The notes below the pieces were generated by a model, which made no database searches, had not been told where the DNA came from, and saw only the letters and a program-made list of their open reading frames with translations. DNA of 64,000 bases from Eledone cirrhosa (taxonomy: Eukaryota). Location of the stretch: the NCBI GenBank assembly GCA_964016885.1, contig OZ024743.1, positions 59,892,001 through 59,956,000 of the forward strand, given 5' to 3'. This document shows, in pieces, positions 10,101 to 23,076 of this stretch (position 1 is the stretch's first letter; each line of letters opens with the position of its first letter). Position numbers and translations under genes: made by a program.

Positions 10101-10684
10101 AGACCTTAAAGACGCTGGAGACATGATGTGATGGGCAGGGTGATCAACTGGCACCTATGCAAAGTAAACAATTTACCACATTCTGAGAAATGGTATGAGC
10201 ATAAGCTAGAGGCGGTGATAGAAAACGATCAGGTGAAGGTGCTGTGGGATTTTAGGATACATACGGACAAGAAACTGGAACACAATAGACCTGACCTGGT
10301 GGTTGTGGACAAAGAAAAAAGAACGTGCCTGATTGTGGATGTGGCCTGCCCATTCCACACGAGAGTGCAAGAGAAGGAGAGGGAGAAAATTAACCGATAC
10401 CAGGACTTAAAGAGGGAGGTAAAAAGGATTTGGAACTGCCATGAAGTCAAAGTGATCCCGATTGTCATAGGCGCACTAGGGACTATCTCAAAAAGTTTCC
10501 AGGGATGGTTAAAGAAAATTGGCCCCTTCACGCTTTTTGGAACGCTTCAAAAGGCATGCTTGCTGGGAACAGCAAAACCCTCCGATACGTACTAAATATC
10601 TGAGGCTGCAGGTAGTGGCTTGATATTCATTTCAACAAACTTTCCAGTTAACTAACATCAATGACTGAGACTCAAAGAGTAATA
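7162..10684 (+). mobile_element. R4/Dong-clade non-LTR retrotransposon, near full-length, decayed
   Basis: Single-ORF layout with an R4-type N-terminus (VMQCY, WWKKRL), RT, and a C-terminal PD..D/E restriction-like endonuclease. Ends in ...GAGTAATA. Confidence 0.85.
7355..10595 (+). pseudogene. R4/Dong RT-RLE polyprotein, disrupted
   Basis: ATG at 7355 is in frame with ORF 7532..9268 across a TAG at 7520. RT motifs WKSPSPDG, YRPITCL, DYKKAFD, GIFQGD, and LFMDD after a frameshift near 9265. Further breaks near 9600, 9686 and 10006. RLE motif NRPDLVVVD...IVDVACP...EKINRY. Confidence 0.88.
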
Positions 10685-11257
10685 CTTGAACACTTCTCTA
10701 TCCAAGATTTTTAATCTCTGTCTAAATGAAAAATTTACCATTATATCTAATTTAGATTCTATAATAAATAGACGCACTGACTTGTTTTCTATCTGCTTGC
10801 ATAAATTCCACAAAACATTCCACAAAGTATACAGCTAATATCCAAATCTTTATCAATTTAGAATCTTTTTCTGAAAGGCACATATATATATATACACTTC
10901 TTTAAAAATATATCCATCTTTCTTCCTTATTTCAAAGGTTTTATTATACATTATACAATACTTGTTACTCATTCTATATCGCTCCTATTTATCACTTCCC
11001 TTTCTTCTCTTTTTCTTTTAATGTCTAACCCCTAATCTGTACCTTTTCTCACTGTTGTCTGACATAGAATCAATTATTACATAATACAATACATTCTTAC
11101 TCTATATCACCTTGTAAAAATCCTTCGTAAACATAAACATTTTTTTTACTTTAGAATATTCATCCTCAATTCATTATTCTTTTCTCCCTTTCATCTAACT
11201 CATTCATGCTCATCTCACGATATATCCTTACTTAAATTATCTGTTGTTCTTTTTAAC

Positions 11258-11421
11258 AATACATATCAACATTTTCTTTCCATCGCACATATTATTAAAC
11301 CCTTAAATATCATTCTTAATACATATTAACTTTTTCTTTCGATCGCACATATTATTAAACCCTTAAATATTATTCTTAATACATATTAACATTTTCTTTT
11401 CATCGCACATATTATTAAACC
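11258..11421. repeat. 60-bp tandem repeat, ~2.7 copies
   Basis: AATACATAT.AAC.TTTTCTTT..ATCGCACATATTATTAAACC recurs at 60-nt spacing. Confidence 0.9.
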
Positions 11422-11896
11422 ACTCAATATACAAACCTTAACTTTACATTATTTTTCTCTTCGTTAATTTTCAAATTCTTTTAATTCATACATTATCTTC
11501 CAACGGTTTTCAACCTCTCTATGTAAAACAATGTATCTTTCTCAGTTATAAAAGCTATCTCTCTCTCTCTCTATCACCCATCTCTCCTCCTATCTCATCC
11601 TTCCTCATTATACTCCTCCCTCTCCACTTTTTACTCTCATCTCCTCCTCTTTTTTCATCCCCCCCCCCCAACCCCCCTCAAAATAAAATATGTTTCCCAA
11701 TATCACACATCAATCTAAAACTATTTCTCATATGTTGATTTAAAGCTGCACTATCCACAAGTGTTTTTTTAACCTTTATATCATGTTTTCCTGTTTTATG
11801 TGATGAAAACACAAATATTGCATGATGATATTTGTTTTTGAAATGTGCATAATAAAATACATGGAACTCTTTTAACCATCTTTTGTTCTTATATAT

Positions 11897-11967
<71 letters not shown>

Positions 11968-12008
11968 CGTGCGAAGCTATTTTGCTGGTTTGAGAGCCTG
12001 ATGAGTCA

Positions 12009-12039
<31 letters not shown>

Positions 12040-12516
12040 GTAAACTTATGTTAAGCATTGCCTTTTATCCTGTCCTCCTCCTCTTTCAAAGTTTTCTATA
12101 TTTTATCAGCCTGTTACCCCCCCCCCCCCCCACACTTATGCAATGTCTCTCTGTTGACCACTCGCCACTGGTCTCTATCGTCTGACGCATTTACTCCATC
12201 ACTGTCTTTTGGCAGCATTTAACTGTTTTCACGGTTGTTCAAGCGATATATTTTATCATATATCTATCTTTCTCCACCCGCCTCCACCTCTACTCACCCC
12301 GCACCCTTCCACCACCTGTTTACCCCCCTTTTAATTTCAGTTTATTTTGATCATGCCTTTATTTTTAAATGTTCTCATTCCTTGTATTTTGATCATGCTT
12401 TATTTTTATTTATTATTTATTATATTTTTGTCTTTATTTGTTAATTTTTCATTCGCACCGTTTCCTTTCGCTATATGTCTCTCCACCACTCCCCTACACA
12501 CCTTTTGAACTCTTAC

Positions 12517-12547
12517 CTGAAGAAGGGCTTATGCCCGAAACGTCGTC
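12517..12547 (+). ncRNA. Minimal hammerhead ribozyme motif (PLE type)
   Basis: CTGAAGA-A-GGGC/TTAT/GCCC-GAAA-CGTC-GTC-like core. Stem I is not evident. Confidence 0.6.
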
Positions 12548-12632
12548 CTCCACCTACCCCCCACTCTCCTGAGCGTGAATCTAATAAACATTTGTCGTAC
12601 TGCCTCTCTGTTCTGTCCCTGTTCAATTTTTT

Positions 12633-12685
<53 letters not shown>

Positions 12686-12741
12686 ATATTATAATGAAAT
12701 AACAGGTGGCTGGATTTGTGTAAATCCTTGAAAGGTTTATT

Positions 12742-12799
12742 ATACTATGATCATTTCAATGACCGGGTTCCGTATGAATCCGGTGATATCATCAGGTAT
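12742..12799 (-). ncRNA. Type I hammerhead ribozyme motif
   Basis: ATAC-CTGATGA-long stem II (ACCGG.TTC/GAA.CCGGT)-GAAA-TGATCA-TA-GTAT. Stem I is ATAC/GTAT and stem III is palindromic. Confidence 0.75.
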
Positions 12800-12931
12800 T
12801 CGAAATATAATAAGTGAATGTAATAGATAAAATCCATGGGGCTGAAAATCAAAGACCCGAGGGCCAGTGCCATCCAGCATCTTCTACCTTTGCCGGTCGC
12901 CCACAAATGACGTGGCTAAAGCTTACAGTGT

Positions 12932-13420
12932 GCTACTACCGGTCAAATAAAGGAAAATAGAAAGGGATAGGAACCTAAGTTAGCGTTAATATCATGCCAC
13001 AAGAAAAAGGAAAGAAAGAAAGAAAGAAGAGAGAAGAAGGGGGAAGGAATAAGAAGAGAAGCCAGGATTAATGTCAGCTATAAGAAGAAAGACAGAAAGA
13101 AAGACGAGAAAAGATCGGTTTTACAGTCAGGCCAGGAATGTCGCGAAAACATTTTTTTTATTCTAAGGGACCCGTATCTTAACTACTACTACCGGTCAAA
13201 TATAGGCAAACAAAAAGGGGAAGGAAGATAAGTCAGCGGGAGGAAGACAGAAAGAATGGAGAAGATAAGGGAGAAAAGGAAGAAGAAGAAAAGTCAGGGT
13301 TGATGGCTACAAGAAGAAAGATAGAAAGAAAGAGGAAGAAAGGTCGATATTAATGACAGACTACAGTCAGGCCAGGAATGGAGCGAATAAAATGTTCAAA
13401 GGGGCCCGTATCTTAGCAGA
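12932..13420. repeat. Diverged ~255-bp tandem duplication in a PLE-like 3' region
   Basis: CTACTACCGGTCAAATA...CAGTCAGGCCAGGAATG...CCCGTATCTTA occurs twice. Confidence 0.75.
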
Positions 13421-14354
13421 GGTAAATATAGTAGGGGTCAGTGTGTTATAATGTGTGAGCAGGAGATTGGAACATTACATTTTTGTTTAGACTTGTAGGA
13501 TGAAGTTAAAAAATTTATATTTAATATTAACATTATAAAATTAAAGAAATTAGAAAATTTAAAGTTAAAGAGTTTAACATTTTTACGGTTGCGAGGTTTA
13601 AGCAAAGAAAGAGTCTATTATGAAGATACTTAAATTTCATTATAGAGTAAAGATTATGTCTTTGTTTAGCCGTCAAACAGCATGCGGCGACTACAAGCTC
13701 GGGCAGCCCATCACTCCGAGTGATATCGCCTAGCGAAAGATATGGAAATCGATTTTTCCGAGCACTCTAGGAATGTATAACAGGCTTCAGTTGCGCCAGC
13801 AGGAAGTCAGTCCGCATCGTTAGGCCATTCTTGTAAAAAACCAGTAATATTCCTTTATCCACGGAGGCGTGATATATCTAATAGTTCGGATTTGATCTGT
13901 AATTTAAAGGTGCTATATGGCGGTTAAAAAACCGGCTGCGCGCCGGGCCCCTGGGACGAATCAAGCCACTCCGAGCAGTTTCATTACCGAAAGAAGGTGA
14001 AATTTATATTTCCAAGCACTCAAGGTAGGCCTATGCGCCAGGGGGGCTGCTCCCGCCGCCAGGAAAACCAACCCAACAGTCCGACAGAAAGTTGGAACGT
14101 TAAAATATTGTTTAAATTTATAGGATGAAGTTGAAAGAATTCAGAATAACATTATAAAGTTAAAGAGTAAGAAGATTGAGAATTGAACAAACAGAAAATT
14201 GAAAATTAAACATTTAAACATTTTTTTTTAAGGTTTTGGGTTGGGGGGTTTAGTTAAAGAGAGTTTTTTATGAAGAAACGTTAATTGTATTATGTAGATC
14301 TACTATAAGTTATCCTAGTGGGATGTAGAGTAAGGGATATAGTCGGCTAATATT

Positions 14355-14803
14355 TATTTTGTTCTCAGGGGGAGACATTCTAGTGTCGTGTGCTAATGGG
14401 TACAAGTGAGCAAAAGTTCCAATAAGAGGAGTAGAAATACATGGATACATAGAAGTGGAATACGTGGAAAAGCACATTAATAAAGCAAAGGTATAAATAT
14501 ATAAATATATAAATAAACCAACAAGAGTGGTGGTGGAGAAAGATGGAAAAAATCAAGACATAGGAGGAACACAATATAGTTCAGGTTGCAGTATTTATGT
14601 TCCCAGGGGGAGACATTCCAGTGAGTAAAAGTCCGAATAAGAGAAGTAAAAGGTACATGGCTGTATAGAAGTAGAATACGTGGAAAAAGCATTAATACAG
14701 CAAAGGTATAAAGATATAAAGATATAAATAAACAAACAAGAGTGGTGGTGGAGTAAATAGAGAGATCAAGACACAGGAGAAATACAATATAGTTCAAGTT
14801 GCA
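14355..14803. repeat. Diverged ~220-240-bp tandem duplication
   Basis: CAGGGGGAGACATTC...AATACGTGGAAAA...ACAAGAGTGGTGGTGGAG...ACAATATAGTTCA occurs twice. Confidence 0.75.
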
Positions 14804-15593
14804 GTCAAATAATGCATATAGATGTGGAAATGGAATCAGTGTGTGTTCGAGTCTGAGAATTCAGTGTGAGTTATACATGCCCTGAAGTATAGGGTAGCGA
14901 ATTTAGTCAATACAGTGCAGTACAATACATGTTAAGGTATAATCCGTAGAATTTGGTCGAAGTCTAAATATTCTGAGAGGGAAGTAGCAATGGGCCAGAT
15001 GGCCGGTAGGCAAAAACACTTGCTTAAACCATTTTGTTTGTTTACCCTAGCGTCCCTCTTATTTACGTGTCCCAACGACTTTTTTTAGCCGTTGCTCGCA
15101 CCAACCTGAGATATATGGCCTTTAATGCGACGAAATGCCTACGACGGTTGGAAGGCCACTGATGAGAACAAACTTTTTCATATGTAACCCATTTGCAGCG
15201 CCGTAGCTCCATTATTATCATATATATATATATATGATAATAAATAAAGACGGTAATATGTATATATCCTGTTTATTATGTTATAAATAGAGGATGTATA
15301 CATATTACCGTCTCTATTCTTTTTTATAATATTGTCACTCTTGTCTGATACCTTCTAATGAATACTCCAAGCTGCACACGTCGGGGAGTGATTAACACTG
15401 TTTACACTAACATAGATCTACTACATGACCAAACACTTGGAATAATATATTTATATATACCTACACGCATATCACATATTTACACATTCTTATATACATT
15501 CATATTAATGTGTAGGTGTGTGTATCCTTTCCTTTGAGAAGTACTTCGAACTTAGTGTATCTTACGGCAATTAGTATGTCCTTAGGACTGTTG

Positions 15594-15870
15594 GGAGGCG
15601 CGTTGCCTTGTAGTAATGGTGTTGAACTTAAGATCATAATGTCGTTGGTTCGAATCCTGGGCTGGGCTGCGTGTTGTGTTCTTGAGCAAAACACTCCATA
15701 TTACCTTGCTACTGTATACTCAGCTGTAAATGAGTACCGGCAATGGCTCGGGTCTAAAGATGTGCTGGACTGATGTCCAGGGGTGAGTCTTGTACTCTCA
15801 GTCACTTCATGTCATGAAACCAGGATAAGCACCGGCCTAACGAACCTTCATGCTTAAGACAGCTTCAGAT
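15594..15870 (+). mobile_element. tRNA-derived SINE (second family)
   Basis: tRNA-like head with B-box GGTTCGAATCC, followed by TTGTGTTCTTGAGCAAAACACT and CTCAGCTGTAAATGAGTACC, which resemble CORE/V-type central domains. Confidence 0.6.
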
Positions 15871-16236
15871 TAGATCATGAATGTCGGGACATATTTCCAA
15901 AACTTACCATTTGGTTTACTACATGTAAATCTGCTTCTTTCAAACTTCAGCTCTCGCCTATTTAGTTTAATTATTCAGTTTAATTTAGGTAAATCCAGAC
16001 CCTTTCATCTACAATTTTCAAGCCCTTATATCAGCTATGTTCGAAGCCGAATTTGACCGGTGCTAATTCGGGGTAGACCTCGGGGAGTAGACATTACATT
16101 CCTACGTCAAGCATACTAACCATTAGGTCATGCGTCTTCTCTATAAAATACTTGTTTAAATTTGATAATTTAGTCCTTTCGCTTTAAATAGTTAGTTACA
16201 CATATACACTCATATTTACGCCCCACCCTGTCTCTA

Positions 16237-17475
16237 TGGATCATCCAGCGATTTTGGGTGCAGTTACATCCAATCTTGCTAAACCTCTAGCCACAATATT
16301 CAACCTATCATTTGCTACCGGAGTTATTCCTGCCGACTCGAATGTAGCTACAATTTGCCCTATCTTTAAATAAGGCGACAGAGAAGACCCGGGGAACGAC
16401 AGACCCGTGAGCCTCACCTCAATTGTCTGTAAGGACTTGGAATCTCTAATCAAGCGGGAAATGATGGCTCATCTTGCGTCTTTTACTGCCATCTCACCAT
16501 CTCAGCACGGTTTCATCCCGAAACGTTCCTGTATCACAAACCTACTCGTCATAGAAGAATGGGTGACGAGGATAGTGGACGATGGAGATGCGGCCGATAT
16601 TATCTTTCTCGACTTCGCCAAAGCCTTTAACTCTGTCAACCACCGCCTGCTCCTGTATAAGCTCAGCAACTACGGTCTCCATGACTCGATTATAAAGTGG
16701 ATTGGATCATTTCTTGAGGGTCGTACTTGCAGACTTCGGATCAATGGCAGTCTGTCATCGGGGGTGGGTGTAGGCAGTGGCGTTCCCCAGGGCTCTGTTT
16801 TGGGCCCAATTCTCTTCCTTCTATACATCAACGACATGCCGGGCGTGATTGGTGGAAACGTGCTCCTATTTGCAGATGATGTGAAAATGGTAGCCCGAAG
16901 GCTACCATTTGCCAAACTCACTCCAGAAATGTTCAGACCTCTCTATGTCGCCCTCGTGAGACCGCACCTAGAATATGACATCCAAGCATCAAACCCATAT
17001 CTCATCCGGGATATCCATCACTTGGAGAGATTCAACGACTAGCGACTCGGATGGTACTTCATGAGCTGCCCTACGAAAGCCGGCTGCAGAAGTTGAACCT
17101 CTTATTCTTAAAGCGTCGACGGCTAAGAGGTGATCTCATTTTGGCTTACAATCTCTTCAATGGCCATTACGATCTCCCTCAATATCTCCTATTCGCTCCG
17201 GCACTTGAGAGGGGTCTACGTGGATATGACAAAAAGCTATTTCACCGCCGCTTTCGCATAAACAGATGGAAAGCTGCTTTCTCGATCCGCATCTCTGGAT
17301 CCTGGAATCGGTTTCCAGAAGAGGAGTCAGCGCGCCAACCCCGCAACAATTCAAGGCGAAATTGGACCGGTGTTGGAACACTGTGTTTCCGACTGTGTAA
17401 ATGTTGCCCCTCTCCCCTCCTTACATAGCATCTGAAGCATCTATGTTTTCTGCCAAATATATTGTATTGAATTGA
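16237..17475 (+). mobile_element. CR1-clade LINE, 5'-truncated with an internal deletion
   Basis: RPVSLTSIVCK, QHGF, DFAKAF, SGVPQGSVLGP, FADD, LVRPHLEY, RRRLRGDLI. Contains in-frame stops and an (ATTGA)-type tail. Confidence 0.88.
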
Positions 17476-17946
17476 AAAAATCTAACTGATCTATATGTAC
17501 TTCGTCACAAGTAGTTCGGCTTAAATATCGCAATTATTTTTATTTATTTTCTCATTGCCCTCTAATTTCATTCTGTTTTGTTTTGATTACGTTATCGTTC
17601 ATATCTACGCTCTGTACTATGTTTTCGTCTCGGTTGTCGTCTTTCAAAATACTCTAGGTCATTAGAAAATGATCAAAATCTGAAACGCAATTATAGGCGA
17701 CGGAGAGAGTCATGTTAACTTTTTAAATATCTTAATACACTCTCGTCACCTATTCGTACGTCGATTACGTATATCATCGTTTTATTGGATCGTTTGCCTT
17801 TTCGAAGATTATCGTCCTACCCCCTCATTTTCTCTCCCTATCCTACATGTGATACACATTTATATGTTTATATATATATCCATATATATATATATACATA
17901 TATTTACATATACACATATACATGTAATTATATATATATACACGCC

Positions 17947-17993
<47 letters not shown>

Positions 17994-18039
17994 TAAGGAA
18001 ACGATTTGTTTCACACTTTATAGGGGAAAGAGGAAATAA

Positions 18040-18520
18040 AGTTCGACGTGACCGGATTTATTCCTTCTTCAGGAGTATATAAATAGAGAGAGGTTCATAA
18101 AGGATTGATACATAAATTAGGAGGGCCGTATTCTTAGTCGTGCGGTTCAGTAACTTCTCTCGTTATTATAGTGTTAGTATTAGCAGAGGTATCGATGTTT
18201 ACAGGATTCAGAGATTATATGGGATCTAGTATAATTTCCGTGCTAGTTCTTCAAGTATGCACCTGTTCCAAATTATTTTTACGCATCAAGATGTTAAATG
18301 CGTCTCTTCTGATTTGTAAGTTCAGTGTAATGGAGTATGGTGATTTAAGTGTAAAACTGTTGAAGATTTGATGGTATCTGCGTGTGAGTGGGAAGTGTTT
18401 CTTTAAGATGGAGAAGAATTTTGACGGTATATGACCTCTGGTCACGGCGTTATATGGGGCGTTATACCAATAAATATGTCTTTTGTGATTTATGTTTTTA
18501 CCGTGAGATATAGGGTATGT
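18040..18520 (-). mobile_element. Penelope-like fragment (RT-endonuclease linker plus degenerate terminus)
   Basis: IYWYNAPYN...FFSILKKHFP...QIFN matches the FFNPPFN...FFSLLDKNFP linker of the PLE at 61 kb. A CTGAAGA remnant lies near 18073. Confidence 0.65.
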
Positions 18521-18664
18521 TGTTTGGATCTTGTCATTTTCTTGATTAGTGTTGATGTGACTTTTAGTATTTAAAATTTTGTTTTTTCTTTATTGGGGGG
18601 GGGGGGGGGTTATTACGGCTGTTGTTGCGCCTAATAGCTACAAGTTTATTATTTGTTGTCTTGG

Positions 18665-18872
18665 CGCTGGATTAACAGAATCGATAGAGCGTTGGACAAC
18701 ATACTTAGCTCCATAGAGTTATGGACCTTTACGTACTGAGTTCAAAACCCGCCGAAGCTAGCTTTGTCTTTTATCCTTACAGGGTCGAGAATGTAATGCA
18801 CTGGGGTCCACTTAATTGACTTTCCTTTTGCCCAAAAATTGTTGGCTTTGCGCCTAAATCAGAAACCCTTAT
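18665..18872 (+). mobile_element. tRNA-derived SINE, Meta-like domain family (diverged)
   Basis: CTGAGTTCAAA B-box; TTTGTCTTTTATCCTTACAGGGTCGA core; GGCTTTGCGCCTAAA tail. Confidence 0.7.
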
Positions 18873-19450
18873 TTGTTGTTCTCTTATTGTTTGTGGGTGT
18901 GTTTGTTCTAGAATGTACGGAGTTTTCGGGTGTATAGACTGCTGTGTAATTCGTGTTGTTCGTTAATTTAGAGTTGTTAAATTCCTTATTATGCGGTTGT
19001 TTCATGTAGAGGCATTAATTTTGTGAAGTGTTGTTCTAGAAATAGTGTAGATTCTACATACGGTATTACTTTTATAATCGAGATTGTGTCTGATACTATA
19101 TATGTATATAGTAAATTCTACATCAACTTCTAGGTTTAAACGACGAGCAATCAGTTAATCATTTGAACCTAGAGCTCGTAAAATTAATATAATATATAAG
19201 CTGGTAATTATCCTACAGTGACGCTTAAAGTAGTTTTTAGTTCGATTGTATAACTCAATAGGACCAGACAGCTCTTTTGAGTTCCCGGTAATTTCCATTT
19301 AATTGGTTTCCTTACAGTTTCTCACTACTTAAATTGATTTAAAATGCTGGGTTGATTAGAGGCCATAGTAAAACCTATCTGCTCAAGAAGCCAATCGAAA
19401 TTTTGAAACAATCTGAAACCCTCTGTGTTTGCATCTCTCTCTCTCTCTCT

Positions 19451-19500
<50 letters not shown>

Positions 19501-19548
19501 CAATGATATTAAATAAATGGAAACTATATTTATAAAACCATATTTATT

Positions 19549-19601
19549 CTATTATATATATTTCAAGGGTACCAAAACTTTGGTACGCTTTCATCAGATA
19601 A
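19549..19601 (-). ncRNA. Type I hammerhead ribozyme motif
   Basis: CTGATGA-AAG.GTACCAAA/TTTGGTAC.CTT-GAAA-TATATA-TA, followed by AATAAA and (TA)n. Confidence 0.7.
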
Positions 19602-19679
19602 AATAAAAAGTTTACTTCATAAATTTTAACATAACCAAGAAAAGGATAGCCTAACGGTTCAAGTTTTTCTTGAAAACTT

Positions 19680-19750
<71 letters not shown>

Positions 19751-20439
19751 GTGAGGGTGAAATTGAAGTTCTTCTAACTATATAAAAAAAGATCTATCAT
19801 TATTATTGGTTGTTTAGAAAATTCGAAAAAGAATCTCCAGAGCCCGGAAAGCACAGCAATGACACGGGAAGGAAATACGATAAAGGTGATGGTATATATG
19901 ATTAAGGCGAAGGAGAGCATTTATACACATATACACTCACTCACACATACACACACAATATATATATATGTATATCATGAGAGAGAGAGAGATATTTTGG
20001 GATATATAGAAATATATGTAAAATCATGTCCGCGAAGCCGAGCCGTTTTAGCTTGTGTTTAGCAAAATGCTCGATAAACGAGCAACCAAAACCGCTTGGC
20101 GCCCTAATCAGTATTTTACATATCTATATCCATTCTGCCTCTACCCATTCATTGTGTACTCCCATGATTAGTAGTCTCCCCAGTCTCAGCATCGCAGACC
20201 TTATATATATATGTGTGTGTACGTGTGCGTCTGTGCCAGTGAGTGCAATCCTGAGAGCATATGTTTTACCGATTACAGGGAACAATGTCACATTAGGGAT
20301 CATAAGCTTTCATTGTGGTTGGGTCTGTCAATCTGTAGCAAATACAACTTAAATTTCTACTAAAACAATGCATAACTGAACAAATTATTTAGCAGATTTC
20401 GGACCAGTTTTAATATTTGACTTAATATCTTTATAAAAG

Positions 20440-20637
20440 GGCGTTGGATTGGCAGTATCGGTAGAGGGTCGGTCGCCATGCTTTGCAGCATAGAGTTACA
20501 GCCCTTTACGGTCTGAGTTCAAATCGCGTCATGGTTAACTTTGCCTTTCATCCTCACGAGGTCGATAAAATAAAGTAACAGTAATGCACTGAAGTAATTA
20601 CTGGACTTGTGCCAAAAATAAAAGCAATTATTATTAT
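20440..20637 (+). mobile_element. tRNA-derived SINE, Meta-like domain family
   Basis: TGGCAGTATCGG A-box-like, GAGTTCAAATC B-box, TTTGCCTTTCATCC...GGTCGATAAAATAAAGTA core, and (ATT)n tail. Confidence 0.85.
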
Positions 20638-21244
20638 ACAAGGACACAAGATTTTAACTCTCCTTTTGTTTGGCTGTTCTTTTTGTTTAAATTAATATGC
20701 ACGCGCTTGAACATTTCACATTTAGGTATACTATTAATGCTATTATTAATAGAATTGAACGTATTGCACGCTTTGATAAGGTTTTACATTTCATTTATGT
20801 GTACAACTGATTTTCCTTTCGAGATTGTCCACTTACGTTGAGTGCAACATTGTGAAATAAGATGTTATGCTAAGGGACAAAACTTGCAAGCAGTAATCGA
20901 ACTCACGACTTTACCATCATGAACCAAGTACAATAAGACACGTGCCTTCACAAAATATTATGTACGGCTCATATTTCTATAGCCCTCGCTTAGGTTTCTG
21001 TTTAAATATCAAAATAAAAATATGTTTAAGCAAATCAACGTAGTCTCACGAGCAATGTAATATTGACGTATTTTATATCGTTTTTTTTTTAAATTGTGAA
21101 TATTTTATGTATTGCTTTTTTCCCTTTAATAATTAATATTGAAATATTTCCAAAGATTTCTAATTCTCTCTAGTATTAAATTCCATAGATTACTTCTCAA
21201 TAACTACACTGACATCTATGAAGACATAATGAATATTAATCATA

Positions 21245-21375
21245 ATTGATTCTAATTTAGGCACAAGGCAAGCAATTTGAAGGAGAGGAGAAAGTCGATT
21301 AAATTGCCACCAGTGCCTACTGGTACATTATTTTATCGACCTCGTAAGGGTGAAAGGCAAAGCTAACATCGCCGA
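21245..21375 (-). mobile_element. SINE 3' half, Meta-like family
   Basis: Reverse complement shows TTTGCCTTTCACCCTTACGAGGTCGATAAAATAA and CCTTGTGCCTAAA. Confidence 0.75.
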
Positions 21376-22741
21376 ATAATAATGATAATAACTTTTATTA
21401 CCAAGTACATGCTGTGGTTTGTACAAGAACACAATATTACATGGTGGCCTATACATCGGTTTGAACTTACGAAAAAGAAGCCTAAAAGAAAATCTATAGA
21501 GGATTGATCTCCAATAAAATATTCTACCTAGAGTAATACAAATGTTGGACGAAAGTAAACCCGAAAACCGGTGTTTCTCTATCGCATCAAATGCTTCATA
21601 AATAAGCTCTCCTATTTTCTCTCTCACTGGGTAATCAGGAGTATAAAATATGATATAATCATAGTACTGTTTTTCAGACCTCTCATTATTCCCACAGTCA
21701 GCTACTTTTCTTAAATCACACTTTAAAGCAGCATCTCTCTCCCTAAATTAAACTTCATCATGGAATCATTCTTGATCACGTTGATGAATAACTATCGCCA
21801 ACCAAACATATTAATGAAGTCCAGCACACACTTTCTAGCATAAGATCTACTATTTATCGTCATTCCTTTCGTCATTTCTATTTTCAATATATGTTTGTCA
21901 GATTGTTGAATTAGCTCTAAGTTTGACAGCGTATATTTAATAATAATCTCCCAAATCGGCAAGGCATGGAAACTGAAGGTGCGTTACAATATGGATCCCT
22001 TCAACCTGTATGCATCTCGAAAAGGTATGGTTGAGAATCGTTTATGCTTGTAGCACTGACCACGAAGAATTAATGACCGTATGTAGCACTGCCACATAAC
22101 CAGGACATTTAGCTAAGTAGCTCTATATGACTTCCATTTCAGACTATACTAGATGACATTAATGGTAGAACAATCAGAAAGATATAAAATAATTCTTAGA
22201 AAATAGCTAAATCTAACTCATGATTAGTCATTTTGCCTTACCAGTACTAAATCTTAGTTATACTATTCCCAACTGAAGATTAAATGAATTAGTATGACTG
22301 GACATAGTAATATAATGATGCGTGTTGGTAATGTGTGTTAATGAAATATCTACTGGAGAATTATAATAATGTGAAAAACAAATAATGAAAAATTAAATGT
22401 CAATCGCTTCAAAACATGAACACATAGGTATATTGTTTTCTGTTGCCAAGGGAGCCAACAAGTGGAGTTAACAGGCTGCTATGAGCAGAATAATGGGTAA
22501 AAAAGAAAATCTATTTTAAAATAATCTAAAAATTAAACTGAAATTGTGATTACAAAAGGTCATGTAATGTCTTTGGCAAGAAAAAAATACCTTACAAGAC
22601 CAACATATGCCACGATTGAATTTAAAAGATCAAATCGATACAGAATAAATATAACAATAGCGGAAGAGACGTGTAGAAATGAACATCGTAACCGAGTGAT
22701 TTATATTTCATTCAAAATTTCCCGAGAGAGTTTTTTTTATC

Positions 22742-22989
22742 TATCTATCTATATATATATATATACATATTTATATATATCTATATACATATATATATAC
22801 ATATATATATATACATATATATATACACATATATATATACATATATATATATACATATATATATATACATATATATATATACATATATATATATATACAT
22901 ATATATATATACATATATATATATACATATATATATATACAATATATACATATATATATACATATATATATATACACATATATATATAT
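22742..22989. repeat. (TA)n/TACA compound microsatellite
   Basis: Direct inspection. Confidence 0.95.
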
Positions 22990-23076
22990 GACTCCAGTTC
23001 CCCAGTGAGTTAACAACCCAGCAAGGAACTGGGCATATCAGAGTATTGACAATATCATACATCTATACTAATTCAA

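Larger units (their letters stand above)
10686..12634 (+). mobile_element. Penelope-like element 3' remnant (GIY-YIG C-terminus to pseudo-LTR)
   Basis: 10686-10838 reads IFNLCLNEKFTII...IINRRTDLFSICLH, like the CNLCILE...LLNKKSE end of the PLE at 60 kb. A hammerhead motif at 12517 and AATAAA precede (TA)n. Continuity of the intervening sequence is inferred. Confidence 0.6.

Noticed and set aside
11258-11421. 60-bp repeat as a CRISPR-like array
   Set aside because: Contiguous tandem units without unique spacers, in a eukaryotic context.
21440-22500. Possible ancient LINE relic
   Set aside because: No convincing run of RT motifs in any frame.
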